Position numbers and translations under genes: made by a program. Shown here piece after piece: positions 1 through 10,102 of a stretch of 64,000 nt of DNA. Below the pieces are notes generated by a model. The model saw nothing but the letters and a program-made list of their open reading frames with translations. It was not told the origin of the DNA and searched no databases. Origin of the DNA: a virus. Each line of letters begins with the position of its first letter. Position 1 is the stretch's first letter. The DNA is taken from positions 1 to 64,000 of the IMG/VR virus record IMGVR_UViG_3300022188_000229; one strand, given 5' to 3'.

Positions 1-4
1 CTCC

Positions 5-787
5 ATGGATACTATAAATGTTTATAGTAGTACATTAAATAAAAGTTATAATGATTTAACTTATAGTGTGGTGGGTGATATGTTACATGAGGATCTAAGT
101 GCAAGTATTCATCCATACTCTAATAAGCATTATGGGTCATCGGTAACACAAAAATTTGTAACATTGAAATTAAAAAATAATATAGAGGATTTTCGTAAGT
201 ACGTTGAATTAACATTTAATTCTTATGCTAATCAATATTATTACTTTTCAGGTAATCAACGAGCATATAAAGCTTTTCGTGACGACCATTGGGTAGTCAG
301 AGTAGAAGGCCACCAATTGTTACCGATAGGCGCAGGGTTTGAGAAGACAAAAGTAATGCGCAAATATATTTTTAATTTGAGACATTACGACACTATTGAT
401 GCAGCCATAATTGACATGATTGATAGAGTGACCCTGTTAAGGAATTCAGATTTGGAAGTAGCTATAACATCTATAGGTGGAGTATATAAAGATCTAAATG
501 TATGTGTGATGCCTAGCGATATAAATGGTATTTCTGCACGTAGAAAATATTATACCAACAGGACTCTGTCTGGATCTATTTTAGTGACTAGACCACAAGA
601 TGCTGATTTATTTGCCTATATCACCCCTACTGGTTTGGAGGCTGAAAGTAATCTTACTAGCGAAATTACAGGGATAGATTATGAGAATCCCACGGACGGT
701 ATCGTTGATTTTAATTTTGAGGGTAGTGGGGATATACAACCGCCATCAGATCAAATAGATTTTACATTTATATTTGGAGATAACTAA
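5..787 (+). CDS. hypothetical protein, probably virion-associated (true start may lie upstream of the window)
   Basis: 260-aa ORF translationally coupled (TAATG) to two tail/receptor-binding-like genes. Confidence 0.45.
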   Translation: MDTINVYSSTLNKSYNDLTYSVVGDMLHEDLSASIHPYSNKHYGSSVTQKFVTLKLKNNIEDFRKYVELTFNSYANQYYYFSGNQRAYKAFRDDHWVVRVEGHQLLPIGAGFEKTKVMRKYIFNLRHYDTIDAAIIDMIDRVTLLRNSDLEVAITSIGGVYKDLNVCVMPSDINGISARRKYYTNRTLSGSILVTRPQDADLFAYITPTGLEAESNLTSEITGIDYENPTDGIVDFNFEGSGDIQPPSDQIDFTFIFGDN

Positions 788-2706
788 TGATGATACGTAG
801 AGTAGGAATAACTAGAGGATATAGGACTATAGCAGAGGCTTATTATATGGCTCTACCCGGTGATGTAATTTTAATTGATGAAGGGATCTATAATGAGCAA
901 ATTAATATGGTGGGTAATAAAAATGTACACCTTGTAGGTAATACAAGAGACCCCGGCCTCGGTAAGGTCCGGGTCATCCCTCCTAATGAAGCTGCTACTA
1001 GGTGTATAACATTTACTGATTTTACACTGCAAACAACTATATATATAGAGGGCATAAATTTTAAATTTCCACCCACAAGTACTTTAGAGCCTATAGCTGC
1101 TTGGCGTTGTTATGAGACCGAACTAGTATTCAACAGATGTATAATAAATGCAACCTATGTACATGAGTATGTATTTAATTTTGATGTTGATGAGATCAAT
1201 TCAATTACGCTTAATAATTGCAGAGTGATATGGAAAGACGATTACAGTTATACTGCCCCAGGGGCAAGTCATTTTGAAAGGTCAGGTAGAGATATAGATT
1301 ATAGAATAAATAAATGTATTTTTAGTAATTCATTGGATAATCTTAATACTATTTATTTTACCCTTCCTTCTAAGAATGGCCCTAATGAACTGACTACAGA
1401 TAATACTGTTTATTCTTGTACTAATCCAGCAGGGTATATGGGCGACATGACAGCACTGTTTGATGATGATATTATAAATGGACCAATCATTCATTCCCAC
1501 GCCCATGCGTCGGGCGATGTTATTACCTTTACTACTGATTTTGGAGAAGGTAATGAAAAAAGTATTTACTATTTTCGCACGTCCCTGTATGCTTATGCAC
1601 GGGCATCTAGTGTAACTTTATACGGTTCTTCGGATGGTATAAATTGGGTTAAAGTTGTAGGTTTTCCGTATGCCGTTCTTTGGTACTCTAAAACTTTGAA
1701 GATGGAGGATTCATATAGGTACTATAAGGTAGATTTCGTGGCAACTGGTGTTTTTATTTCATTCTATGATTATTCTTTGTGTACGGAAAACCTGGATTAT
1801 GCACCGTTTGATTATACATTGAAGTCTAATATTTCAGGTTACGGTCCGCATTACGGAGAATACCAGAAATACATCTTATCTGATTACTGTCTAGAGGGTA
1901 CTGTTTTTGATACGTTATCTGAAAATACTGTGACTAATACTGTAATTCTAGATGAATACAATGGTTCTAGTAAAATAGAGTTATTAGATGACAATTTGTC
2001 TATAGCACTAGACAGCACGTATTTAAATCAACATAAAGCTATTAAAGCTTCTGTTGGTAAAACAACTGGCAAATGGTATTTTGAATTTAAATCTTATGAG
2101 TACTACTCACTTACTAATAGTAGGGTTGGTTTCGGCCAAAGTTCCGCCGCTAATGATTATGCTTGTGGAGGAGCTGATAGTAAAAGTTGGGGGATGGAAC
2201 TGTCTACAGGTAATTTTTATCATGGTGAAGAGGTTGTTAGTCAAGGCACTGCAGCCTTATATTCCAGTATAGTAGGTGTGGCATTAGATTTAGATAATGG
2301 GAAAGCATGGTTTTCTGTTAATGGTGTGTGGGTACTAGACGGTGACCCATCTCTTGGAATTAATCCTATATTTGAATTTAGTAATATGCGTTTATTCCCA
2401 ATGATATCCTTACAAAATATTGGATTTTTTAATGCTTATTCAGATATAATATTTGACCCTTTTGATTTAAATTATACCATCCCTGATGGTTTTTCTTACT
2501 ATAGTGAGGGAGTTAAATGGAAGATAAATTATTACAATACGGCTACTAACGATTATCTTGGGTACGTTTATTCAGATGATACGGGTAGTTATAAGATAAT
2601 TACTACTTATTCTGGAGCGCATTTTTTAATATGCGAAGATGCATCCACTGCTCCAAGTTATAATGACTTAATATATAGTAATTTAATTCCAAAGGGGTAT
2701 GTATAA
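787..2706 (+). CDS. putative virion/receptor-binding protein: beta-helix-like N-terminus, discoidin/F5-8C-like domain, SPRY/B30.2 domain
   Basis: N-terminal 'YRTIAEAYYMALPGDVILIDEGIYNE' (pectin-lyase-like start); 'LYGSSDGINW' (F5/8C-like); 'GKWYFEF...VGVALDLDNGKAWFSVNG' (SPRY). Confidence 0.65.
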   Translation: MMIRRVGITRGYRTIAEAYYMALPGDVILIDEGIYNEQINMVGNKNVHLVGNTRDPGLGKVRVIPPNEAATRCITFTDFTLQTTIYIEGINFKFPPTSTLEPIAAWRCYETELVFNRCIINATYVHEYVFNFDVDEINSITLNNCRVIWKDDYSYTAPGASHFERSGRDIDYRINKCIFSNSLDNLNTIYFTLPSKNGPNELTTDNTVYSCTNPAGYMGDMTALFDDDIINGPIIHSHAHASGDVITFTTDFGEGNEKSIYYFRTSLYAYARASSVTLYGSSDGINWVKVVGFPYAVLWYSKTLKMEDSYRYYKVDFVATGVFISFYDYSLCTENLDYAPFDYTLKSNISGYGPHYGEYQKYILSDYCLEGTVFDTLSENTVTNTVILDEYNGSSKIELLDDNLSIALDSTYLNQHKAIKASVGKTTGKWYFEFKSYEYYSLTNSRVGFGQSSAANDYACGGADSKSWGMELSTGNFYHGEEVVSQGTAALYSSIVGVALDLDNGKAWFSVNGVWVLDGDPSLGINPIFEFSNMRLFPMISLQNIGFFNAYSDIIFDPFDLNYTIPDGFSYYSEGVKWKINYYNTATNDYLGYVYSDDTGSYKIITTYSGAHFLICEDASTAPSYNDLIYSNLIPKGYV

Positions 2707-4562
2707 TGACAATAATTAGGGTGGGTCAAGATAAAGAGTTTTTAACTATTCAGGGAGCTTTTAGCTCTGCAATTAATGGAGATACTATCTTTATTGATGA
2801 AGGTACTTATGAAGAAGCACTTTATTTTGTAAACAAAGCTATTAATTTAGTTGCAAATACAGATTATCCGTCAGAAGGTAAAGTAATTATAAATCCAATT
2901 AGTTATTCTACTCCTACAGTTAAACGGTATGCTATGCCTCTAACAATAGCATATGCAGAGTCTGAACCTCCCAGAGTAATGTTTATAGAGGGTATTAAAT
3001 TTGTTTCTGATGTTAATAGTAATGAAGAAACTATAATAAGGCTAGAACAAGCTGAGGCAGGTACTACTTCTTCTCTAGATATAGTATTTAATAAATGTAT
3101 TTTGGACGCTTCAGCAGGTTTGTATAATTCTGGTGCTGTAATATTTAAAGAGTTAACTACAGGTTATCCCGTCAATAGTGTAACTTTAATTAATTGTGAG
3201 GTATTATGGTTAGATGGGGACGATATGGTAAATTCGGAGTTCTATTTGATACCAGCAAAAAAACTACAGAAATGTGTATTAAGTAGTCACCCACCTATAA
3301 ATACCTTTGGAGCCTCGTTCGACTTGTGTGTATCAGGTACTATAACTTCTTCCGGCACCACTAATCAGGAAAATATTTTTGATGGTAACGAATCCACTTA
3401 TGGTGCTATAGGGTATGATCCAATCGGCTGGGTGGGCTATCAGTTTTCAGCCCCATTTGCTATAAATCAGCTTAAAATTAAGGGGGACAGCTCTGGTCAT
3501 GGCAGTGGCTTTACTTTGGTAGCTTCTACTACTGGGGCTTTTTTAGGAGAAGAAGTAATTTTAAATATAGACACTATTGGGATGGGGTATACTTGGTCAA
3601 CTTATATTTTTGAGAATTATAATGAATACTCTTATATTCGCATTTATAATACCGGAGATGTGCGGCCATGGCAAGTTTCAGAAATAGAGTATAGAAAGAT
3701 TATGCCTGAGGATAACGACTATATTTTAGTAGACAATAAAAATAATTTTCAATATGGTCCTTTATATTCTTCGTTTATTACAGCTATCCAACCAAGCCAT
3801 TGTTTTTCAGGTATAGTGTCTGTTAATAGTACTCCAGTAGTACGGGATCTGAAATTATTTAGAAGAGATAATGGGCTCTTTTTAGGCTCTACTACTTCCT
3901 CTGGAGGGACAGGCGAATACTATATTGAATCTTCCTTCGGTGGTCATCACAGTATAGTGTGTTCAGATGATGCAGCTCTTCCTAATTATAATGATTTACT
4001 TATGTCTAAATGTTTACCTAAAGAGGTACCTAATCTCTATGTTCCGGTAGAACATTCTCCTCAAAGCGTTAAAACATTCATTATGGATATGGCGGATAAT
4101 TGGTCTGGTGCCACTTATATATCCATTAGGTCTATAGATTTTTTGTTTGAGGGTGTTGTTATACCTTTAGAAGTTGCATTTAACTGTGAGTCTTATAGTA
4201 CTACTGATTATAGTGACTATTACTACTCTAAATATGCTTTTAATACTGCCACTTTAAAAACTGGCGCTATAATATTCCAGAGTTGGCTTTCTCAGAATGG
4301 CCTAGCAACTAATCAGCGTTTAATATGTGTATTTAATGAATCAATACTAGTGGATAAAATAAGAATAAATAATAGCCATCATAATGGGACAGAGACATCT
4401 GTAGGGTACGGTGCCAAGAATACAAAAATTCATATTTCGTCTATTGAATACACCGATACTACATACAATAATCCAATTTCCCAGAGTATCGAAGTGTTTG
4501 ATGGTATTATTCCGAAACATATTGCAGAAGATATTGAAGATCCTTTTGATATATCTATTTAA
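2706..4562 (+). CDS. putative virion/receptor-binding protein, paralog of 787-2706
   Basis: Same N-terminal motif ('FLTIQGAFSSAINGDTIFIDEGTYEE') and shared 'YNDLxxSxxxPK' motif; discoidin-like middle domain. Confidence 0.6.
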   Translation: MTIIRVGQDKEFLTIQGAFSSAINGDTIFIDEGTYEEALYFVNKAINLVANTDYPSEGKVIINPISYSTPTVKRYAMPLTIAYAESEPPRVMFIEGIKFVSDVNSNEETIIRLEQAEAGTTSSLDIVFNKCILDASAGLYNSGAVIFKELTTGYPVNSVTLINCEVLWLDGDDMVNSEFYLIPAKKLQKCVLSSHPPINTFGASFDLCVSGTITSSGTTNQENIFDGNESTYGAIGYDPIGWVGYQFSAPFAINQLKIKGDSSGHGSGFTLVASTTGAFLGEEVILNIDTIGMGYTWSTYIFENYNEYSYIRIYNTGDVRPWQVSEIEYRKIMPEDNDYILVDNKNNFQYGPLYSSFITAIQPSHCFSGIVSVNSTPVVRDLKLFRRDNGLFLGSTTSSGGTGEYYIESSFGGHHSIVCSDDAALPNYNDLLMSKCLPKEVPNLYVPVEHSPQSVKTFIMDMADNWSGATYISIRSIDFLFEGVVIPLEVAFNCESYSTTDYSDYYYSKYAFNTATLKTGAIIFQSWLSQNGLATNQRLICVFNESILVDKIRINNSHHNGTETSVGYGAKNTKIHISSIEYTDTTYNNPISQSIEVFDGIIPKHIAEDIEDPFDISI

Positions 4563-4566
4563 ATAC

Positions 4567-4599
4567 TTGACAAATATTTATTCTGCCTTACATTATATT
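4567..4599 (+). promoter_or_regulatory. sigma70-type promoter (first of a tandem pair)
   Basis: ACTTGACAAA, then TACATT after 16 nt. Confidence 0.55.
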
Positions 4600-4652
4600 C
4601 ATATGAAACTACCATTATCTAAAATAATTTTATGTGTACAAAAAATAAATAC

Positions 4653-4681
4653 TTGACAAATGGTTTTTTATGTATTATATT
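4653..4681 (+). promoter_or_regulatory. sigma70-type promoter upstream of the replication operon
   Basis: TTGACA-N17-TATATT, same motif as nine other intergenic copies. Confidence 0.8.
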
Positions 4682-4777
4682 ATACCTGTTGAGAGAATTT
4701 TATCTAGGAAAGAAGATTAAACTAACCTTTATATAGATAGAATAAAGTAAATTAACATTAAAAAGATAGAGGTATGA

Positions 4778-5902
4778 ATGGAATTTTATGTCAAGACCGA
4801 GGAGGCTCAACGAGCCTTCAAGCTTTTGGGTGTAACGGCTAAAGTAAACACCACTGACTTCGATGGTCAGATTCTTATTAAGGCACTACCAGATAGTGTT
4901 CTTTTCTTATCTAACAACGGCAGCTCCGGAATTTCGTGCGAGGTCCCTGCTAATGTTACTACTCAAGGTAAAGCTACTGTGATATACAGTAAGATGAAAT
5001 CTTTCATCATGACCTTTGTCCCATGGGACGGAGAGATTGGTGCTAAAGAGTTTCATTTTTCTTCTAAGTTAGGCAAACTACATGTAGCTACTTCAACTAA
5101 ACATTTAAATGAGCTGGAAACTAATAGTAATCTAAAATTAGATCAGGTTCGAGGCTCTGCTTTTGTTTCCCAAGTTTCATTGAATGAACCCACTATTATA
5201 CTCAACTCCAGTATTATGAAATCAGCAATCGAAAAAGGATTATATGCTATTGATGCTGCTAGTCTTACTGATTATGTAAAAGGCTTAAGAATGTGTATAG
5301 AGTCTAATACTATTCGGTTTACTTCTACTAATGGCCATGTAATATCTGATTATGCGGTTACTAGTGAAGGGGATTTAAAAGAGGGGGATCATTTCCTATC
5401 ACATGAGTTTCTAATGGGTCTTCGTCGTATCATTATAGATGATGCTCAATTATTTTTAGAATTTACTAAATCTAAAACTGTAGTTGCGTTAGATAATGTT
5501 GTATACTGGTCTACTGCTTTACATTATAAAGAATATCCCCAATTTAGGTCTCTTTTTAAAGAAGAAGAGAAAGAAATAGAGGTGGATCGAGAAACTTTAT
5601 TGAATGGACTTTCCTCTTTTATAGATATATTGGATGAGGATGACCACAACCGAGTAACTTTAGAGATGGCTGATAGCAGATTGGCATTGAAAACTGATAA
5701 TTCATTATTTGAGTATCCAGGCATGACTGGAACTGTTGAATTTAGTATTGACCTAGATGGTAGAGAGATGATAGCCACCCTACATGCCTTAGGGGACGAC
5801 TCTTTAAAGCTAAGGTCTTTAGGTCCCAACAAAGGTATGGTATTTGAATCAGTAGGTTATGAAGATCATAAATCTTATGTGGTCAGTTTAAAGCCGAGGT
5901 AA
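4778..5902 (+). CDS. dnaN: DNA polymerase III beta sliding clamp-like protein
   Basis: 374 aa; 'FTSTNGH' (ATDGH-like), 'YPQFRSLF' (YPDY-like), clamp-type length; first gene of the replication operon. Confidence 0.75.
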   Translation: MEFYVKTEEAQRAFKLLGVTAKVNTTDFDGQILIKALPDSVLFLSNNGSSGISCEVPANVTTQGKATVIYSKMKSFIMTFVPWDGEIGAKEFHFSSKLGKLHVATSTKHLNELETNSNLKLDQVRGSAFVSQVSLNEPTIILNSSIMKSAIEKGLYAIDAASLTDYVKGLRMCIESNTIRFTSTNGHVISDYAVTSEGDLKEGDHFLSHEFLMGLRRIIIDDAQLFLEFTKSKTVVALDNVVYWSTALHYKEYPQFRSLFKEEEKEIEVDRETLLNGLSSFIDILDEDDHNRVTLEMADSRLALKTDNSLFEYPGMTGTVEFSIDLDGREMIATLHALGDDSLKLRSLGPNKGMVFESVGYEDHKSYVVSLKPR

Positions 5903-5909
5903 TACCATT

Positions 5910-6506
5910 ATGTATGGAGTAAATTTAATTGCATTAGAAAAAGCTTTAGAAGAAATGAAAGCGGGCAATCCTTTAATACCAGAATCCTTCTTACTTGATA
6001 ATGTGTTAACTAAATGTAGAGATTTATTAGTTAGAAATAATTATGCTGTTATAAAGAAGCCAAGAACAGCTTTGAAAGTTAAGGATATAAAAGGTCTAGT
6101 TGATTTGTATTATTACATTCTTAATGCTACTACTGATTTGACCCCTTATAGAGATGACAAGATAGATTTAACTACAGCTAAAAGACTAGTTAAGCACGTA
6201 CAATCAAGTACTGGCTTAGACTATGAGCTCGCTATAGTAAAATGCATTAATATAGTAGAAGGGTTGTTTAGATATAAGAAACAACTTAATTTAAATCCTG
6301 AAATTATGACTACTTTTAAAGTGTTTGGTCAAGATAGGTTAGGATGGATTACTGAAAAGATAGTATACTTATTAAATAAAGAAGCACATGATGAGGCAAG
6401 GCTAATATCTAGAGCCGATGCTGATGCTGATGCTTATGTTAAAAGACATAATATAAAATTTGGCTGGGAAGACTTAGAAGAGCTGGCTAATAAAATAGGA
6501 GATTAA
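5910..6506 (+). CDS. hypothetical protein
   Basis: 198-aa ORF within the operon, with RBS. Confidence 0.6.
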   Translation: MYGVNLIALEKALEEMKAGNPLIPESFLLDNVLTKCRDLLVRNNYAVIKKPRTALKVKDIKGLVDLYYYILNATTDLTPYRDDKIDLTTAKRLVKHVQSSTGLDYELAIVKCINIVEGLFRYKKQLNLNPEIMTTFKVFGQDRLGWITEKIVYLLNKEAHDEARLISRADADADAYVKRHNIKFGWEDLEELANKIGD

Positions 6507-6507
6507 A

Positions 6508-7587
6508 ATGGCTGCAAAGAAGAAAAAAGAAGAAACCGCTAAACTTAGCGCTGCTATCGAGAAGAAGGCTACAGATGCAGTGTTACTTAAGATAAAAAAG
6601 AAATATGGAAATGTATTATCCCCATTATCTGAGGCTAACGATTGTATTAATACTGTTAGTACTGGGTCACTAGGATTAGATTTAGCGTTGGGCCGTGGTG
6701 GTATGGCCTTAGGCCGTGTTTATGAGGTGTATGGTCCTAATAGTAGTGGTAAGAGTACCTTAGGGGTACATGTAGTTATACAGGCCCAAAGAAGGGGCCT
6801 TAAGTGCGCTTATTTAGATGCTGAGGTAGCAGTAGATCCTAAACTTTTCGCTAACTATGGAGTAGATTCCGATAAATTAGATCTAGTTCAGGTATATGGA
6901 GGCGAACCTAACCTTGATATTTTACAAAAACTTATTGAGACAGGGGCTTACTCTGTAATCGTTATTGATAGTGTTAGTGCTTTAATACCAATGGCAGAAG
7001 CAGAAGCAGACATTGATAAAGATCATATGGCACTACAAGCCAGGCTTATGAGTAAAGCTTTAAGAAAAATAGCACCTAAAGCAGCGGAAAATAGTACGCT
7101 ATTGATATTCGTTAATCAACTAAGAATGAAGTTAGGAACTTATGGTAATCCTGAGACAACTACTGGTGGAGAGTCTTTGGGTTTTTGGACTACAGGCAGA
7201 ATAAGCATTAGAGGTCCAGAAGCTAGAAAAAGACGCTTATTAGATGATGCCGGAGAAGTATATGGTCATATAGCTGCTCATGAGATACAAAAGAACAAAT
7301 TAGGGGAACCATTTAAGAAGGCAAACTTAAATCTTATATATAATAAAGGGTATGATTTTTATAATGAAGTCCTTGAGATGGCAGTTAGTCTAGATGTAGT
7401 TGAGAAAGCAGGTTCTTGGTTCAAATACAAAGATGAAAATTTGGCTCAAGGCAATGATAAAACTCTAATAGTTCTTAGAGAAAATAAAGAATTATTTAAT
7501 GAAATCAGAGATATTGTAATAGAAACTGTAGGATTAAAGGAGCAATATGAGCTACATAGCAACCCAGGTCCACTCTACCCTAGTTAA
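6508..7587 (+). CDS. recA: RecA/UvsX recombinase
   Basis: 'STGSLGLDLALG', Walker A 'GPNSSGKST', 'IDSVSAL', 'QARLMSKALRK', 'NQLRMKLG..GNPETTTGG'. Confidence 0.97.
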   Translation: MAAKKKKEETAKLSAAIEKKATDAVLLKIKKKYGNVLSPLSEANDCINTVSTGSLGLDLALGRGGMALGRVYEVYGPNSSGKSTLGVHVVIQAQRRGLKCAYLDAEVAVDPKLFANYGVDSDKLDLVQVYGGEPNLDILQKLIETGAYSVIVIDSVSALIPMAEAEADIDKDHMALQARLMSKALRKIAPKAAENSTLLIFVNQLRMKLGTYGNPETTTGGESLGFWTTGRISIRGPEARKRRLLDDAGEVYGHIAAHEIQKNKLGEPFKKANLNLIYNKGYDFYNEVLEMAVSLDVVEKAGSWFKYKDENLAQGNDKTLIVLRENKELFNEIRDIVIETVGLKEQYELHSNPGPLYPS

Positions 7588-7909
7588 ATTATTTCCAGCA
7601 AACCCCTTTAAACAGGTGTTTTGTGAGCACTATGTAAATTTTCAAGGACAGCGACTGTTTTTTGATTTTTATATAAAGAAGTTGGGGGTATTTATTGAAG
7701 TCCAAGGGCGACAGCACACCGAATTTGTTAAACATTTTCATCAAGATAAGAAAGCATTTTTAAAACAAAAAGAACGAGACAATTTAAAAATAGTATGGGC
7801 AGAAGAGAATGATTACAGTTTGGTACGGATTAATTTTGATGAAGAAATAACGGATAGATTAGTAATGGATAAAATAACAAGAGCTATGGAAGGAGGATTC
7901 TATGAGTGA
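7547..7909 (+). CDS. PD-(D/E)XK endonuclease (Vsr/DUF559-like)
   Basis: 'LFFDFYI...IEVQGRQH...QKERD..K'. Confidence 0.7.
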   Translation: MSYIATQVHSTLVKLFPANPFKQVFCEHYVNFQGQRLFFDFYIKKLGVFIEVQGRQHTEFVKHFHQDKKAFLKQKERDNLKIVWAEENDYSLVRINFDEEITDRLVMDKITRAMEGGFYE

Positions 7910-8201
7910 GCAAACAAAAAATAAATCTACCCCTGATTCTTTGAAATATAATAAAGATTGTGCAGATTTTATTTGTCTTAGTGATGGAACCATTTATAGA
8001 GAATGTAAGTATTGTAATCATAGTCTTGAGTGCCAACAGGTTGATATATTAAAGGGAAAGCCTGTACCAATGGAATCACATTACTGTCCGATTGTAGACC
8101 CGATTACCCTTGATCTGGTCGAGTGGCAATATTATTGTACTGGTATGCATGATACAAGATCTTTAGATGAACGAAAAGAAGGTGATGATAAAATATCATA
8201 G
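7902..8201 (+). CDS. Cys-rich hypothetical protein
   Basis: 99 aa with 7 Cys including CKYC; RBS ggagga. Confidence 0.55.
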   Translation: MSEQTKNKSTPDSLKYNKDCADFICLSDGTIYRECKYCNHSLECQQVDILKGKPVPMESHYCPIVDPITLDLVEWQYYCTGMHDTRSLDERKEGDDKIS

Positions 8202-8210
8202 GAGTTAATT

Positions 8211-8672
8211 ATGGATAGTGGAGTAATGTCGTTTAATAGGATAGAAATAAATAATGATTTTTTAGAACAAATTTGGAAGTTTAACCCTGTAACTTTAGGG
8301 TCTCTAGATGATTTAACAGTAAGCCAGTACTCTATATGTTTGGCTCAGTATTTAATCTTTTTTAGATCTGAATTAAATCAAACTAAAGCTATTATAGCAA
8401 AGAAAAAGAAACTTTTAGACTCTTCTATAGCTATTGCTATGGACGCTAAAATTATTAAAACATACAAGACTAAAACTGCAGCTATTGATTTTATTAAGAA
8501 CTCTAGCCCTGAGCTTTCTGCATTGGAGGAACAAATAGACAATTTGAAGGATGAGGTTATACGTATAGACGGTATAGATAAAGCAGTTAGTGAGTATATA
8601 GCTACTTTTAAGAGAGAATTAACCCGTAGAGAGAAAGAAATATTTGCTATAAGAGCAGAAAGGAGAAGTTAA
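8211..8672 (+). CDS. coiled-coil protein, possibly a UvsY-like recombination mediator
   Basis: Helical 153 aa between recA and dnaB; functional call is positional inference. Confidence 0.4.
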   Translation: MDSGVMSFNRIEINNDFLEQIWKFNPVTLGSLDDLTVSQYSICLAQYLIFFRSELNQTKAIIAKKKKLLDSSIAIAMDAKIIKTYKTKTAAIDFIKNSSPELSALEEQIDNLKDEVIRIDGIDKAVSEYIATFKRELTRREKEIFAIRAERRS

Positions 8673-10102
8673 TGTCGACAGAATTAGTACCAGCCACACA
8701 TCAAAGAGATCTTTTTTATCGCCCAGGCGATGAGCGGACAGTACTATCATACTGTTTTAAAAGCGTGGATTATTTCTATGATTTGACATCCAAGTTGACT
8801 GAGCGAGACTTCTTATCTCCAGAGCATCAGTTATTGTACGCCATGTTTAGTGGTTTTATTAGTGAAGGTGTAACTACTTTAGATATGTCAATGGTTATAA
8901 ATCAAGCACAGAGTAATGGTATCATAGATTTGTTAGGCGGTGTAGGTTATATTCAATCAATTTGTAATATCCAAGCTTCCAAGGAGAACTTTGAGGTATA
9001 TGTAAACAATGTTCTTGAAGCCAGTACTAAATTTCAAACTCATGTCGCATTAACTCAACATTTAACTACCATAGAAGAGAACGCACAATCAGGCTTAAGT
9101 GGCTCAGAATTAATAAGTAAAGTAGAGGCTAATATGTTAGATATGTCATCTATTTCTTTACTTACTGAAGATCCTATTAAATTGGGGGATGGACTTGCTG
9201 AATACCTTGAAGAACGGCGGAATAAAAAGATATTTATGACTGGTTTGTCTACAGGATATCCAATTCTAGATAGGCAAATAGATGGGTTAATTCCTGGTAC
9301 ATTGATGGTCATAGCCGCCAGAAAGAAAATGGGTAAGAGTGCTTTTTTAACTAATGTAGCTTTATTTAATGCCTTTAAATCAGGTGTTTCGACGCTCTAT
9401 ATTGACACAGAGTTGACATACTCAGAGTGGCAGACTAGAGCTCTCTCTATATTATCAGGCGTCAAGGAGCGTGACATTAAGCATGGTGGTTATACAGACG
9501 AACAGATGAGAAAACTAGAGTGGGCAGCTAAGATTGTATCTAAGGGTAAAGTATTTCATAAATATATGCCTGGGTACAGTGTAGATAAAGTAGTCTCTCT
9601 TTGTAAAAAATATAAATTAAAAGAAGATATTGGCTTAATAGTTTTTGATTATCTTAAAGAACCTGATCTATCTACAACAGATGGCAGCCGTAAAGAGCAT
9701 CAGTTGTTAGGGGATATAACTACTAAATTAAAAGATTTGGCTGGAGTATTAGATCTTCCAGTACTAAGTGCTGTGCAATTAAATAGACAGAATGACATTG
9801 CGGATAGTGATAGAATAGCGAGATTTGGTGACATTATCTCTATTTGGGGTGTACGTACTGATGAAGAGAAAGAAAAATGTGGCCCAGAAGGTGGGTCGTA
9901 TAAACTAGTTATAAAAGATACTCGTAGAGGGGGCAGTACAGGTGGCGAAGGGATAGGTTATTGGTTTTTTAAAAATCGGCTTACCATTAGAGAGGTTAAT
10001 CCAGCTGATCAGTATTTTATACATCAGAGTGAAGAGGTCTCTAATATAGATGACCTAGACGATGATCTTTATATCCGAGAGGTGGAGGATGAGCTTGCCT
10101 AA
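8672..10102 (+). CDS. dnaB: replicative DNA helicase
   Basis: 'GLSTGYPILD', Walker A 'ARKKMGKS', 'IVFDYL', 'AVQLNR'. Confidence 0.95.
   Translation: MSTELVPATHQRDLFYRPGDERTVLSYCFKSVDYFYDLTSKLTERDFLSPEHQLLYAMFSGFISEGVTTLDMSMVINQAQSNGIIDLLGGVGYIQSICNIQASKENFEVYVNNVLEASTKFQTHVALTQHLTTIEENAQSGLSGSELISKVEANMLDMSSISLLTEDPIKLGDGLAEYLEERRNKKIFMTGLSTGYPILDRQIDGLIPGTLMVIAARKKMGKSAFLTNVALFNAFKSGVSTLYIDTELTYSEWQTRALSILSGVKERDIKHGGYTDEQMRKLEWAAKIVSKGKVFHKYMPGYSVDKVVSLCKKYKLKEDIGLIVFDYLKEPDLSTTDGSRKEHQLLGDITTKLKDLAGVLDLPVLSAVQLNRQNDIADSDRIARFGDIISIWGVRTDEEKEKCGPEGGSYKLVIKDTRRGGSTGGEGIGYWFFKNRLTIREVNPADQYFIHQSEEVSNIDDLDDDLYIREVEDELA

Noticed and set aside
787-4562. Diversity-generating retroelement targeting the receptor-binding genes
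   Set aside because: No reverse transcriptase and no adenine-variable TR/VR pair seen in the window.
4411-4656. 81-aa plus-strand ORF
   Set aside because: Overlaps the preceding gene out of frame and runs through the tandem promoters.
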